This document shows, one piece after another, positions 25,963 to 39,087 of a DNA stretch of 64,000 bases. The stretch covers positions 868,001-932,000 of the forward strand of contig LSRY02000019.1 in assembly GCA_001643675.2 (NCBI GenBank), read 5' to 3'. Positions within the stretch are counted from its first letter, which is position 1. Every line of letters starts with the position of its first letter. Origin of the DNA: Monocercomonoides exilis PA203. Its lineage: Eukaryota; Protista; Preaxostyla. A model generated the notes under the pieces. It saw only the letters and a list, made by a program, of their open reading frames with translations. It did no database searches and was not told the DNA's origin. The translations under genes were made by a program, and so were the position numbers.

Positions 25963-28510
25963 TTACCAGGAAGAATCACCAAATCCGCCGTAAGCAGAGG
26001 ACGATGTGTTTCCAAAGCCTGTGCTTGAATAACCTCCACCAGAATAGCTGCCACTTGAGCTATTCGAATAGCCAGAAGCAGAAGAAGAAGAAAAAGAAGG
26101 AGAATCACCATAAGAAGATCCACGAGACGAAGAGTTAGACGCAGATTTAGAACCAGAGCCAGAGCCAGAGCCAGAGCCAGAAGAAGCTGTGCTGCCTGTG
26201 TCTTTACTAAACTTCGAGCCAGACGCCCAGATGCCCGTCCCGTTCTTCACATTCCTCGTCAGCTCGCTTTCGTCGTCATAATCTGCCCTCTTTCTCATCT
26301 TTCCCCTCGAAAACAGCTTTGCCCCTCTTTCATTGCCCCACTCTTTTTCGTCGGTGAACTCGTTGTCAAAGTCCTCCTCGTCGCCTGCAGCCACTGCTTC
26401 AATCAGCCGGAAGAGCGGCTTGTGCGCACAGCAGCGGCACATTGCACGCTTTGAGAAGGGGAAAATGATGAAAATTTAGAGAGTGAGAGAGAGAGAGAGA
26501 GATAGAGAGATAGAAGGAAAGAGAGATAGACAGATGGAGATAGAGAGATAGAAAAAGAATTATGAAAAATAAAACAAAATTAAATCATAAACACAAAATA
26601 CAAAATTCAAAAAAAAAGTGATTTCAAAAGAAAATTATCGAATAGCATTAAGACCCAAAAAGCATTCAAAACAACAAAGACAAGTAACAACAGCATACCA
26701 ACAATCCCAGCAAGAACATAACACTGAACGCAAAAAGAGCTACAAAGAAGACAGAATCGAAGAAGGCCATTCCAACTTGGATTCTCGTCATAATCATCGC
26801 AAATTCGGTCATCACACAAAATCCACTCTGCTCCAACTCAGTTTGTGTGCGGTTTGCATGAGGAATATCGCAGGCATAGATCTTTCTGACTCGATCTTCT
26901 TCGTTGCTGACTGGTTGAGAAAGCTTAATTGAAGAGGCTTTGGTTGAAGAAAAAGAAACAGAAGAAGAGAGATCTGTTTGATCCACAGCAGGATCTGAGC
27001 TCAACGAAGCTTCTGTTGGCTCTTCAGAATATTCAGAAAGTTGACTAACTGCAAGGCTTATAAACTCTGATAAGCTGCTTGGTTCTGATGTCATTGCAAG
27101 AGAGCTTGAACCATCAGACAACTGTGTCTGCTCCAAAAATGATGTTTCTGTTCCAACAACTTGAGGAGCAGCCGCCTTCACTTCGTATGCCTCGTATGTT
27201 TGCTTTCCGAATGTGTAGTACTGGGGCATGATGTAAGGCACGGCAGAAAGGAACCCCAGGGACATGAACATCATCAGGGCGCCAAGAAGCAGCACACCTT
27301 GCTGCCGCGTGTTCCGAATGCGGACGCGGAAGCATGTGCAGCACGGGCACGAGATGCCCATGGCCAAAAACGTGGTGAGGATCGACAGGAACACAAAGGA
27401 CACCAGCACAAGAAACATGATGAAGTCGATCGGGAACACCTTTGCCATCTCCACAAAGGCCAGATCCATCGGCTGTCCGGATGACGTCACGCTCCATTTT
27501 GCGTTCGACGCAAGCTTCACTGTGTATGTGACTCCGGCAAACACAAGCGACACCACGAAGAAGATCGCAAGCAGAAGGAAGATCGGGCCCAATATGATGC
27601 GCAGCGGAAACGCACACACGAAGCAGCAGTTGCGCAAGCAGCTTTTCTTTTCGACGTTTGACGAGTCCTTCCGCAGCTGCAGCGTATCGTCCAGTTCTGC
27701 GCGTTCTCGCTCAAGTTTTGACAGCGCCTTGCGGTCCCGCTTGTCCATGGAGCGGGCATTGCTCCCTCCGCGATCTGCATACTTTGAAGCTATTGCTTTT
27801 GACTTCTCATTCTTAATCCTTCGCTTTTTGTTGAGGGTCTCGTCATCTGAGTCATCCTGCTTCTTATTGCATAAAGCGAGAAGTGAGACAGGCAGAATGC
27901 TCATCCCGCAGGGTCCGTACAATACCCAAAATGGTATTCCAAGAAACATCATAACAGCAAGCGTGAAGTCAATGGCACCCTGCCCTTTGTTTTTTGAGTC
28001 AAGCATGTTTTTAATCCACTCGTCCTTTGCAGACGCACGAGGTTCGGATTTCATAAAAAGTCCCGCAATGAAGATGACCGCAAAAATTATTATTATAATT
28101 ATAACATATCTCATTGACCTGCAAGTTTTTCTTGCGCATGTAGCTTTGTCATCTCCGCCCTCTTCATAAAAACAATATGAAAAAGGAACAAGGAAGAAAG
28201 CAACAATAAAAATAGCTGCAAAGACAACATAGTATGTTACACGAAGTGCAGTTTGTCTGCTTTCAAGGTCTTTAAAAGATACATTCTTCAGAAGTTCTCC
28301 TTTAGCATTTGTGACAGTTGTTACATTATAGACATCCACGGGAATAAGCATGACGCATATAATTGAAAGTGTTAGAGATAACGCCATGGTTATTATTGTT
28401 AAAATTTGGCTTTCAGTTTCTTTTCGGAGGAGGCATTTTGCCAAGAAAAGTGATAGCAAGAAAACAGATACTCCAGCAATTCCTAGTACCAAATAACCAA
28501 CCCAAATCAT
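25963..28510 (-). CDS. LMBRD1: LMBR1-family lysosomal cobalamin transport escort protein LMBD1; intron 26449-26698
   Basis: LIPVDVYNV..NAKG..VTYYVVF..FFLVPFSYCFYEE and FPIDFI..PQYYTFG match remembered LMBD1 motifs; ~9 TM segments; Ser/Gly-rich tail in exon 2. Confidence 0.8.
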
Positions 28511-29403
28511 ATCTTTAATTCTTTTTTAAAACAAAAGATAAAATTAGTTTGATCGATTTATATAACAAATTAGTTATTTCTTTCTTTTTCGAAAATAATG
28601 CTAAATAGTTTTAAAGTTTGTTGTGAAAAAATAAAGACTTTAATAAGAGAAAATGAAAAGAATTATATTCTAATATTATGCAATTTCTCATATTTCTAAC
28701 AAAGAATAAAATACAATTTGGACAGAAAAACATGTTATTTGTTTCCAAATTTATAAGTGGAAAAAAGGGGAAACAATCTTTTGACATTTTCACCGTTATT
28801 GGGAACGAATATATAAGTTCTTTTGCAGTTTGTACTCCTTTTATTAAATTTGTTCATATTCACAATGAACCATAAAATGAAGTACGTGAGAATGGCTCTT
28901 AATGGATGATAACACGAATGAGTATTTTCGAATTCACTGCATCGAAAGAAACTTCATCGAAAAAATTGAAAAAAAAAAACAAAAACCATCACGCACAGAA
29001 ACTTTTTCGAATATCCCCCATTAAAACACAAGCAATCAAAACTTAAAATTAAAAAAAATTAAGAATTGAAAAATGGACGAAACTGGTCTTGAAAATTTGA
29101 AAAAATGTATTTTTTTCGCATTGAAACGAGATAGCAAATGTTCTAATTTTGAATCAAACGATTTATTATTTATGAAAATCATTCATCTCTCAAATACGAA
29201 GTTTTTGACTTTAAAGAGCAGAAAACGATTTTCCTAAATATAAATATGAGCGAAAACAGCAGGTTCTAAACGTTTATCCTTCAAATGAAAAAATGAACAA
29301 TAACAGTGATATAAAAATAGACACTCGAACAAAAAACATCAGCAAAAAATATTCAACAAAATACTAAATCAGTGAAATGGATGACCCATGAAATGCTTTG
29401 TTT

Positions 29404-29849
29404 TTAAAGTATTTGCATTGCTAAATTCTCCAACGTTCCCAATGTCTCTTTTATTTCATTTCTAAAGAACAAAATCGCATTTGTAATGTTAAAAAAAAAC
29501 TGTCAAATTGTGAAGAAAATTTCATACAGTTTCACTGCGAGAGTTTCAACACTATTCAATTCAGCTAGAAGTTGTTGCATCTTAAAAATAAAACCCTCCA
29601 TTTGAGTTGCATCTTCTGTAAGCTCTGTCAATAGTTCTTCCATTGAAACTTTGCACAGGTCCATGTGCGCACCTGTGATTTTGCAATCCTTTTGCAAGAA
29701 GAAAAAAAGTGAAAATAAATCGCAATGCAAAAACTACAGCAACTTCAAACTTCATGAAGAATCCTGTTAACGTCTGAGATAATTGCGGTAAGTTGCTTAG
29801 ATATGTCAGATGCGACCCTTTCTGCATCGACAGGCGTAATCGCTGCCAT
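29404..29849 (-). CDS. BORCS6: BORC subunit 6 (lyspersin C-terminal domain)-like, ~105 aa, 3 exons
   Basis: Exons 29849-29751, 29688-29528 and 29461-29404 give MAAITPVDAERVASDISKQLTAIISDVNRILHEDCKITGAHMDLCKVSMEEL...QQLLAELNSVETLAVKLNEIKETLGTLENL. This follows the BORCS6 pattern (..VQGLARQVRDIRRTLEVLE). Confidence 0.6.
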
Positions 29850-32637
29850 GAGTATTTCTTCAAAAAAATTGTGGTTTCAAATAATCAAATTGATCCGTAT
29901 TAATGAAAAGTGAATCAAATGAAAAACAAAATGCATTTAAAAAACAAAATATTTTCATAACAATATCATTTTTGTTGTTTTGAATATTTGAATTAAGAAA
30001 AGAGTGACATATTTTTATTGTTTGTTTCAGAAACAATAAACAACTTCTGTATAGAGAAATATGTTGTTCAGAAATATTTATGAATGTGATAAGAGAAAAA
30101 ATAAGATAGTTGATACATATTTTGCAAGAATTCTTTTTTCGTGTTTCTTAATATCATTCAATCGAAAATTCTTTTATTTTCACAATCATTTGTTTTTATG
30201 CAAGAAACTTCACTCAAAACTCCCCTTTTCCAAAATTGTACAAGATCAATGTTGTATTGTTCAAAAATGCTGATGCGGTGATTGGATATCTTGTAATGTT
30301 TTGGATTTCATCGTCTCAAGAACTTCCACAAGTCATATTTGTATCACTCCATTTCACATCTATTTAAAAGAGTTTCAAAATTGAAAAGTTTCAACAAAAA
30401 ATATTGGTAAATTAAATATCTGAAATAGCATATGAAAATCAACTCTATCGGATTTTTTGAGTGATAAACAACTTTTCTTAGATTATTTTTTTTTCTTTCT
30501 TTCTATCTTCCTTCACCTAAAATTTAAAGAGAAATGGATAGAATGATAAGAATTTGGATAGGTTTTCGGAACTCTGAATTGAGCAGATTTAAACACTTGG
30601 AAGCAATGTTCATTCATAAAATGTTCACTAAAAGATATTAATCTTCTTTCTTTGAAAGATAACACCAGATATTCAAGCTGCAGAAAACTAACCGGATACA
30701 TGCATAACAACAAAAATGATCGATAACACGAAGATGATTCTCAAGTTTGACAGTGACGAGAGAATGCTATTATTCTTTTTTTCGACATTATGATCCACTT
30801 TTATATTTGAAAAAGGAAATAAAAAAAAATATTGCAAACAGAAAATACTTCTCACGTTCAAATGACGAAAGAAGCTCATTCATTCTCATCTTATCAGTTG
30901 GTGAATGCATTCATCCAGAAGGCTGTGATTGATCTCGCTTGCAGGAAAAATGCAACTTCATTTTCACACGAAACGTTTAATCATACTCTCGAAAAAATGA
31001 CTCATCGAGGAATAAGTGATACATCAAACAAAACATGAAACTAATATTTAACAGAACGTGAGAATGTTTATAATATGCTGCATCACTTCATCATTTATAA
31101 TCCATAACATTAGTGTTATGCTGCAAAAATTAACAATGAGCAATATTTTTCTTTTGATAGATCTTTGTCCATTAATCAGTGAAGCAAGATTTTATCATCA
31201 TTTCAAATGCCATTTTATTTGAAAAAGAAATGACATCACAACAACGTTCTGCATCTCGATGAGGCATTTATCAAAAAGAAAAAATTTTCTTGCATTTGAT
31301 TTGTTTGTACTTCATTCACTTATTCATCTGAAATATGTCTGTTCTAACTTTTTCTGTAATAACTTTTTTCATTTAATTTACATTTCATTCGAACAATCTC
31401 TCCTTCAATTCCCACGATTTGCTTTTTGATGCTTCCTTTCATATCTTTGAATAAAATCTGCAAATTCTAATGGATTCTCTTTTTGTTTAGAATATAGGTC
31501 TTTTGTGTTGTTTGTTATGTGATAGTGAATGAAGTGCGTTCGAATACAAATTTTCTCGATCAAACATATGTGCAAAAAGTTAACTGTGATCCTGGTCGAT
31601 GTTTGCTTAAGACATTTTTAGAAAAGTGCAACATGGAAATTAAACATTTGCATGTTTCTTATTTAACACATTGAACAACTGCATTTGTAGTAAGATAAAC
31701 AACAAAGAAATCAATAGAAAATGGAGAAGCTATTGAAATGGAGAATAGTATTATGACTGAAGATGACAGAGCGAATCTGACTATTTTCAAGCCATTCATT
31801 GTAAAATTTGTTTGAAAAGTGACTATTGTACATCCATCCGATGAAGTGTATTTCCTGTTTCACATTTTTCAACTCTTTTCAATTTCTTCATTCTTTTCTT
31901 TTTGACATATTTACCATTTTTCATCGATTTTCCTTGAATTTCATTCTCTTAACCATTTCCGGCAGTGAATTTACAAGAAAGAAACACTGTAATGAGGAAG
32001 AAGCATTCAAAGTTGGTGAACAGTTGACTTTATTTCCAAAGACGGGGATGGTATTATTTGTCCAGGAAAAGAATTCGACAAACTTTGTATTATTGATCGA
32101 AGTGAATTGTCAATTGAAGTAATGAATTCATTCATCACTTTTTTGGTGCATAACACAATTACCAATGCTTCAAGCAATAATCTGAAATCTCCTTTTCAAC
32201 ATTGAACAAGTCATTGAAGCAAATTAATAAATAAGATAGAGAGCAATTTTTTAATGTTGAAGAATATGATATCTTTTTTGAGGTTTTTCTCGAAAAATGA
32301 AATTTAAAAAAATTCAACAAAAATGAAAATTTGTTTTATGAATTAAAGAAGGAGGTTGACACATCAAATGCACTTTTAATAACATTAGTTCATGCGTTGA
32401 AGGAAATTATCTTTTGAAATGAAGCACAGATCTGTAAGATGTCTGCTAATATCAATCAGAACATAGAAAAACTATTTGCTTTTGAAATATCCGAAACGGA
32501 AAAGACAATAATATTTTATTTTTTTAAGGATTATTTGAAATCAACTCCTTCACATCAGAAAATCCAATTTGTTTCTGGATGGACAGATGATATTTAATGG
32601 TGGGCAAGATCATAATCACCATATTTTTATAAACAAA

Positions 32638-34622
32638 ATGATTTCTTTTCTTTTATCAATTATAAGCATCACTTTATCTTCTAATGCAAAATTTGTTGAC
32701 AACGGGTTTGCATTATTAATTATGTTGAAATATTTATTTTTGAAAATAATGAAAGTATGATTGAAATAATTTGAAATATATGATAATTATGTTTTGCTCA
32801 TTAAGATTTACAAAAAACAGACAGTGAAAAGTTGTCAGAAATTAGAAAAATAATTAAACGTTCAGGGGTCACAGAAGAAGTGAAGAAAAAACAGATCTCA
32901 ATGATTATTACCATTGTTTCCGTTGTTGTTGGTATTGGCATGACAATCACATTTCTTGTTTGGATTTACAAATGCTGGAAAGGGCGTAGAGAAACAAGAA
33001 AATTGAAAAGAAATAGGAGGGAAGTCGAACTTGGTGAATATGAAAGAATGGAGATTGAAGAGTCAAAAGAAAATAAACATTCAGTACATGATGAAACGGG
33101 TCTTGTTGAAGAGGATACTTCTTTGTTTGATAAGCCATTATCAAAACCAAAGAATGTTGCTTCTCGTTCAAAACCTTCAGTTAAGACAGCTCCCGCATCT
33201 TCGTCAATTACAACAGTTTCTTTAAAGCCAGTTGTTCCTAAAAGGCAATCTCGCCCGGAAATGAAGGTCAAGCCTGCACTTCCTTGGATTTCATCATCTA
33301 AAAAAGCTCCTTCGTCTCCAAATGGTAGAATTGTTCCTGCGAACTCTGCGTCTCCTGGGGCAGTAGCGGCAGCCACAGCAGGAGCAAAAGATGAGACTGA
33401 AGGAGAAGGAAAAAATAAGAAAGGAGTCAAAAAAGCAAAAGCTGAATTTGAAGACCCCGGGCCTATTCTTCCCTATCCTTCTACGTATGTTCCCGGCTTC
33501 CCTTCGCACAGGCCTTGGATCTTTTATGCTGTCAATCCAGAATATTCTCTTCATGTGCTGCTTCACACAACAGCAATGAAAAGCACTGACTCATCGCTGA
33601 TTGATCTGCAGGCTCTTGTACACCGCTCTCAATCACCGTCTGGCTCATCGTCGTCTGCTCCAAATATCGGTTCGCATCAGGCGATCCCGTATCTAATGCG
33701 AACAAGTCGCCCTGCCATCATTCCCACGCTGAATGACATTGCCAGGTCTTTGGCAACGCTGCATAACCAGGGCGGAAAGGCGATCATGGACGGCACGCTG
33801 TCTACACACACGGTGCTGTACGACGATGCTGGGCAGCTCTATCTCAACATCCGCAAGTCGGGCCATTTGGTTGGCGAGTGGGACACAGTTGGCAGAGACG
33901 AGAACAGAAGATGGGCAGCTCCAGAGATTGTAGGTCTGAAGTACCACATAAAGAGAGGGAAGAACAAAGAAAGAGGCAGGACGGACGAGAGGCTTGCAGA
34001 AAAGGAGGAAAAGAAGCAGTTTGAGGCAGAGGAAGCGAAGTTAGTGACGACAGCTGTGGATGTCTTTGCGTTTGGCTCTGTTGTGTGGGAGATGCTGACG
34101 CTGCAGACTCCGTACGACAGTCTCGATGTGGCTGGAGCTGTTGAGGCTATCAAGCGAGGCGAGCCGCTGAGTGCAGAAGCAGCGAAGACCGGTGCGATGC
34201 TGCAAGGGTTTGATGAGGAAGCAGCGACGATGCTGGTTGAGCTGATAGAGAAATGCCGGGCGAAGGAGCCAGCAGAAAGACCAACGATGGGAGCTGTGCT
34301 TAATATGCTGCTGAAAGTGAACAGGCATATAATGCCGAAGGTGAACAAGGCAAAGAGAAGAGCAGCTAGAGTTCGAGGTGTGAGAGAAGCAATGGGAAAG
34401 TCAGCTGCCGAAGGAAAAAAGAAAAAGAAGCAGCAAAATGAGAAAGAAGAGAAAAATGGAGTGAATGATGAAGAAAAAGATGAGAAAGAACAAGGAAAAG
34501 AAAATGAAAAGATCGAGAAAAGTGTAACTTCGACTGGAAACGATGATGATAACGACGATGATGATTCTAAAGAGGAAACCGAAGCAAGTGACGAAGCATC
34601 TCTGATCAAAGGAGAAGAATAA
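32638..34622 (+). CDS. Single-pass receptor-like pseudokinase (TKL-like C-lobe)
   Basis: Signal peptide MISFLLSIISITLSS, an intron near 32706-32824 (acceptor uncertain), and TM IITIVSVVVGIGMTITFLVWIY. Kinase C-lobe motifs RWAAPE, DVFAFGSVVWEMLT..PY, CRAKEPAERPT; HRD and DFG absent. Confidence 0.75.
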
Positions 34623-34886
34623 ACAGAGTTTCCTTCTTTGTTTCTATTTTTCGAAGAACTAACGGAGAAATATTATTATTATGCATTTTTATTTAAAAAA
34701 TGTTTTTTTCTTTTTATTTTTGTTTTTTGCATTCAAATATTGTGAGACGTTGGCCTTGAATAAAATAGTCTTTTATGAATCTGACCATTGCAAAATGTTA
34801 TTATTTGATTGTATTTGCTTATGGAAGCAATGGAAATTATAAACCAAAAGTTCGTCTTTTGATTATTCATTCAGTGTAACTGCCTT

Positions 34887-34887
<1 letters not shown>

Positions 34888-34935
<48 letters not shown>

Positions 34936-34958
34936 CTTTCTCTTTCTCTCTCTCTTTC
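34888..34958 (+). repeat. (TTTC)n/(TC)n microsatellite
   Basis: Directly visible tandem TTTC units. Confidence 0.9.
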
Positions 34959-35676
34959 ATCCAGCTTTTATCTTGAAAGACTGTTTTTGCATTCTTTATG
35001 TTTATTTCTATGACTTCTCATTCTTCTTTATATATTTTTCATTTTCTCTCAATTGGAATGTTTTATTTATTAAGTCCAGATACATTTTTGTCAGTCATGT
35101 TTTTTGAATTGAATTGTTTCTTATTTCAATTGATTGCAACGATTTCTTCAATGTGAAATTGATTGATCTTCATGTTGTTGTTAATTGCATGTTATGTGAA
35201 GCAAACATTTGGATGCACTGTGATATATGTGAACTCAGTTATGATTTTAGCTTCACTTTCTTTCATTCATTTTTGAATCAACATCCTTTTTTTTCCTCGT
35301 AAAAGTGAGAAAACAAATGCTTATTTCCTCAAAAATTCCAGAGATCTTGCATGACGTGCAAAGTTAAAAAAAAAGAAAAAAGATGAAAAAGAAAAAAAAA
35401 AGAAAAGAATAGAAAAATGAATTAAACGTTGAATATTTGAGAATTGATTTGAGAAAGATGTTAAAAGGATTTAAAGAAGAAACTTGATTTGTGAAAGGCT
35501 TTTCCTCTGTATAATTTTCTACATTATAAAATTTTATTCATTCTGTTGTTTTCTCCACGAATCTCGCAATTTTCTTTCAACAGATAAACATTTAATGCAC
35601 GTTAAATTCCAAATACCAATCAAATCATCAAAATATGCCTTTCACATAAACCAAGTCTGATTGATGCTTACTTTGT

Positions 35677-37750
35677 TTACAACGCCCTGATAATCACAGA
35701 TGCATTCTTCATGTTTAATTCAGCCAGTGTTTTGTTCATGTCATCCTTTGTGTACACTTTGCGAGGGAATGGCTGAGAGATCTCGATGCGAGTGTGATTC
35801 AGCACTTGCCTAAAAAAAAAACATTGTTGTTGTTTATATTAAAGTTTGGAAAAAATATCGAATAATTAGCAGATTGGCAATGACAATCAATTTATCAGTA
35901 AAAATATGAAGCAGTTGAAGGAGAAAAGAAGAAGAAATTAACATTTCACAACACATACGCATATGCACACACGCACACGCGCATGTGCATTCACAAAAAG
36001 AAAGAAAAAAGTAAAATAAAAAATACAATCACTAATTTCCTCTCACAAAATCATTAGTCATACTGTGCTTTTATCTCCAGCTCTCTCAACTTGCTGAATT
36101 TGTTGAAGACAAATCGTTGTGTCTGCCCAGACTCGAAACGGCATTGCACCATAAATTCCTCTTGTGACAGATCAGATAAAGAAGGCTGTGAAGTGGGCTG
36201 CGAAACTGCAGGAGCAGCTTTCACTGTCGATGAAGGGCCATCGGAGCGTGCAGACGCTCCAACAAATGCTTTGCTTGGCTGAGCAGACGATTGCCCACCT
36301 CTTTGATATTCGTGTAATCAAAGTCAATTATTAACGTAATATAACATTATAAAATAAATAAATAAATAAATAAATAAAACATTCCAATAAAAAAGCAGAT
36401 TATTTATTTTAATATGCTCAAATATTCCATTTCTTTTCAAATATCAAATACACACAATGAATGCCCCTGTTCTTGGAAATAATCTCTTGGTGGCTTCGGT
36501 GCTTCTTCTCCTCGTCTATCATTCAAAGATACTGTGAATGGCGGAGTTGCTCCAGCTGGAACAAGAGGAGGAGGAAGTTGACTATAGAAATAGTTGTTCA
36601 AATAAAAAAATGTACAGGTAAGGCATTAAATAATGATAGCAAATGAATTCAAAAAAAATGAAAGAGTTGTATTTGCAATTGCAAACCCTGCAGAAATCAT
36701 AGCCAAATATTGTTGCGTTTGCGGGTTTTCGTTGGAATGAAGAGGGCCGTCATTAACAGTGAATCCATTCTTGTACATGTTTATCATTATCACATTTTGT
36801 TTTCCCTATAAGCAAAATTTTTTCAATTCAATCAATCAAAAAAATAAATAAATAAATAAATAAATAAATTCAAATATAATCCAATGGATTGAAAAACAAA
36901 GTATCAACGAATACTCTTTCGGGCCTTCGTCCAGCCCCACCAGCAGGCTGTGAAGGGTTGTCAATGGTCACAGAAGGAGTATCTGTTGATCCAAGTGACG
37001 AGCCTCCCATTTTCCAAAAATCAGCGCTTCCTTTCTTTGTGAAATGAGGATCAATGAAATCTTCGTCTTCACCATCGCCCATCGCGCTTCTATGCATTTG
37101 CTCTTCGGTCATTCTTTCAATATCGAAATCGTTGTCAATATTCAAAAAAATAAGCAAAATGACATACGGTTTTGCTTGCTTCAAAAGCTTTGAGTAGATA
37201 TCTTCCTTTCCTTCTTTTTTTGATGGATCAATCGTCAATCTTCCGCTTTGTCCATCTGTTGACATATATCTTTGCGTATCTTTCCCAAAAAAAAAAGTCA
37301 AATGTCGTATTTTAAAAATAATATTTTAAGAACATTTTTCAAAAGTAACGTACCATCATCATCGTCCTGCGAATCATCATTTGCAACATCTGCCATAGTT
37401 TTAAATCCTTTGCGCCTTTTATTGCTCGAGCCCCATTTCGGAGGTGGTTGCTCCCTTGATAAAGTATCAGCAAAAACTGATCAAAAAGAACAAAAAGCAT
37501 ATCAAAAAAAGAACATAGGTTGGATGTGGCTTGAGTGTTCTTCGGGAGTACTGTCAGGAATAGCATCTCCAAAAGAATAAGAAATTGCAGTCTTTTCAAA
37601 AGGAGAAATTTTAAATGTCAAATGCTTTTACAACAAAATCCAACAATTAACCTCTAGATCCCCCTTTGCAAGAGCCAAAAATCTTTTGGCTTCCATCCGA
37701 GTTTTACCAGTAATTTTTATAAATTCCTCCTCTTTTTGTTGCATGTTCAT
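35677..37750 (-). CDS. NSFL1C: p97/Cdc48 cofactor p47 (UBA-SEP-UBX), multi-exon
   Basis: UBA-like start (EEFIKITGKTRMEAKRFLALAKGDLE), SEP domain (INMYKNGFTVNDGPLHSNENP..YLAMISAG), UBX (VQCRFESGQTQRFVFN..QPFPRKV..NKTLAELNMKNASVI). Confidence 0.85.
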
Positions 37751-37897
37751 TTTTATATGGTCTAGATCAATTTTTTATTTACTTTATTTTTTTAATTCTT
37801 GATATAATAATACTAACCTTTTCTAGCTGCATTTTCTGAAAGATTTGAGTTTTTCAATATCGGGTTTTTATGTGATTGAAATTTTATTTTCTATTTC

Positions 37898-38694
37898 ATT
37901 TATTTTGCCACACAATTTATTATTCGAAATTATTAAACTAATTATTCGAAATTGGTAAACTTCTTATTTAAAATTAATAAAATTGAATATTATTTTACAA
38001 AAAAATTTTTGTGAAAAATTGGTTTTTTGCTGAGTGTCGGAAAGTGATAAAAAAATGTTTTGTTTTTTCATTATTCTTAAATAGGATGATAAATTGAACC
38101 TCTAACATTACTATTTGTGAATAAACACGAAAATTTCAAATTTTTCAGAAAAAAATCATCATCATGGAAATCGGATAATTTTTGAATTATAACATCTCAT
38201 ATTGTTGGATTACAGATTATCCAATCATGAAGAATTTTTTGTATCTATTTAACAAACTGAGTATTAATTTTTTTTACAACTGAAAAATCCATGAATGCAT
38301 TTTCGGAATTCTTATATAGATATTAATTATTTATCTTAAGATCATTAATTTCAAATAACTTTTCTTGATTGAATAATGCATAATCGGACAATATGAGGTG
38401 AATTCATTTGTAAATTATCCGATTTCATTGATGATGATTTTTTTTCTGAAAAATCAAAAATTTTCATGTTTTTCGACAAATAATAAAATTAGAGGTTCAA
38501 TTTCTCATCCTTTTAACGAATTATAAAATGATATAATATTTTAATCACTTTTTAACATTCAGCCAAAAACCAATTTTTCGCAATAAAATTTTTTTATAAA
38601 AATACTCAATTTAATTAATTTTGAATTAGAAGTTTTCCAATTTCGAATAATTAGTTTATTAATTTCGAATAATAAATTGTGTTGCAAAATAAAT
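37898..38694. mobile_element. ~800-bp imperfect foldback/MITE-like palindrome
   Basis: Arms ~37898-38275 and ~38315-38694 are reverse complements, e.g. AGGATGATAAATTGAACCTCTAA / TTAGAGGTTCAATTTCTCATCCT. TTATTCGAAATT occurs twice near each end. No TSD recognised. Confidence 0.75.
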
Positions 38695-38751
38695 AATAAA
38701 TGGTGTATTGATTGTGCTCAAAATACTAGAAAAGATCGATTTCTCTTCTTC

Positions 38752-38810
38752 AAAAAAAAAAAAAGAAAGAAAGAAAAAGAAAAAGAAAAAAAAAAAAAAA
38801 AAAAAAAAGA
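38752..38810 (+). repeat. A-rich (GAAAAA)n/poly-A tract
   Basis: Directly visible. Confidence 0.9.
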
Positions 38811-39087
38811 GGAATAATTCTGATAAGTTTTAACAAAACATATCTCTTTGATAAATACTCATTTTATGTCCAAAACTTTCTAAATATCCACATATGTGCT
38901 CATGAAAAAATTTTTTTGAAATCTCGGATAAACTCAAAAACTAATTTCTCCGAGATTTCTATTATATTTTTTTCAGTATTCAGTCGAAACGAAAATGAAA
39001 GTCTGGTGCGTAACAAAAGTTAACTTGGATAAGGTTTATTTTGAGAGTTACTATTAGATTTATTCCTCTTGAAGTTATTGAAAAAAC

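Noticed and set aside
29073-29237. Short + strand ORF starting MDETGLENLKK
   Set aside because: About 54 aa, AT-rich, no motif; cannot be supported as a gene.
37890-38705. Target-site duplication for the foldback element
   Set aside because: The flanking ATTTATTTT/AAAATAAAT are inverted rather than direct repeats; no convincing direct repeat was found.
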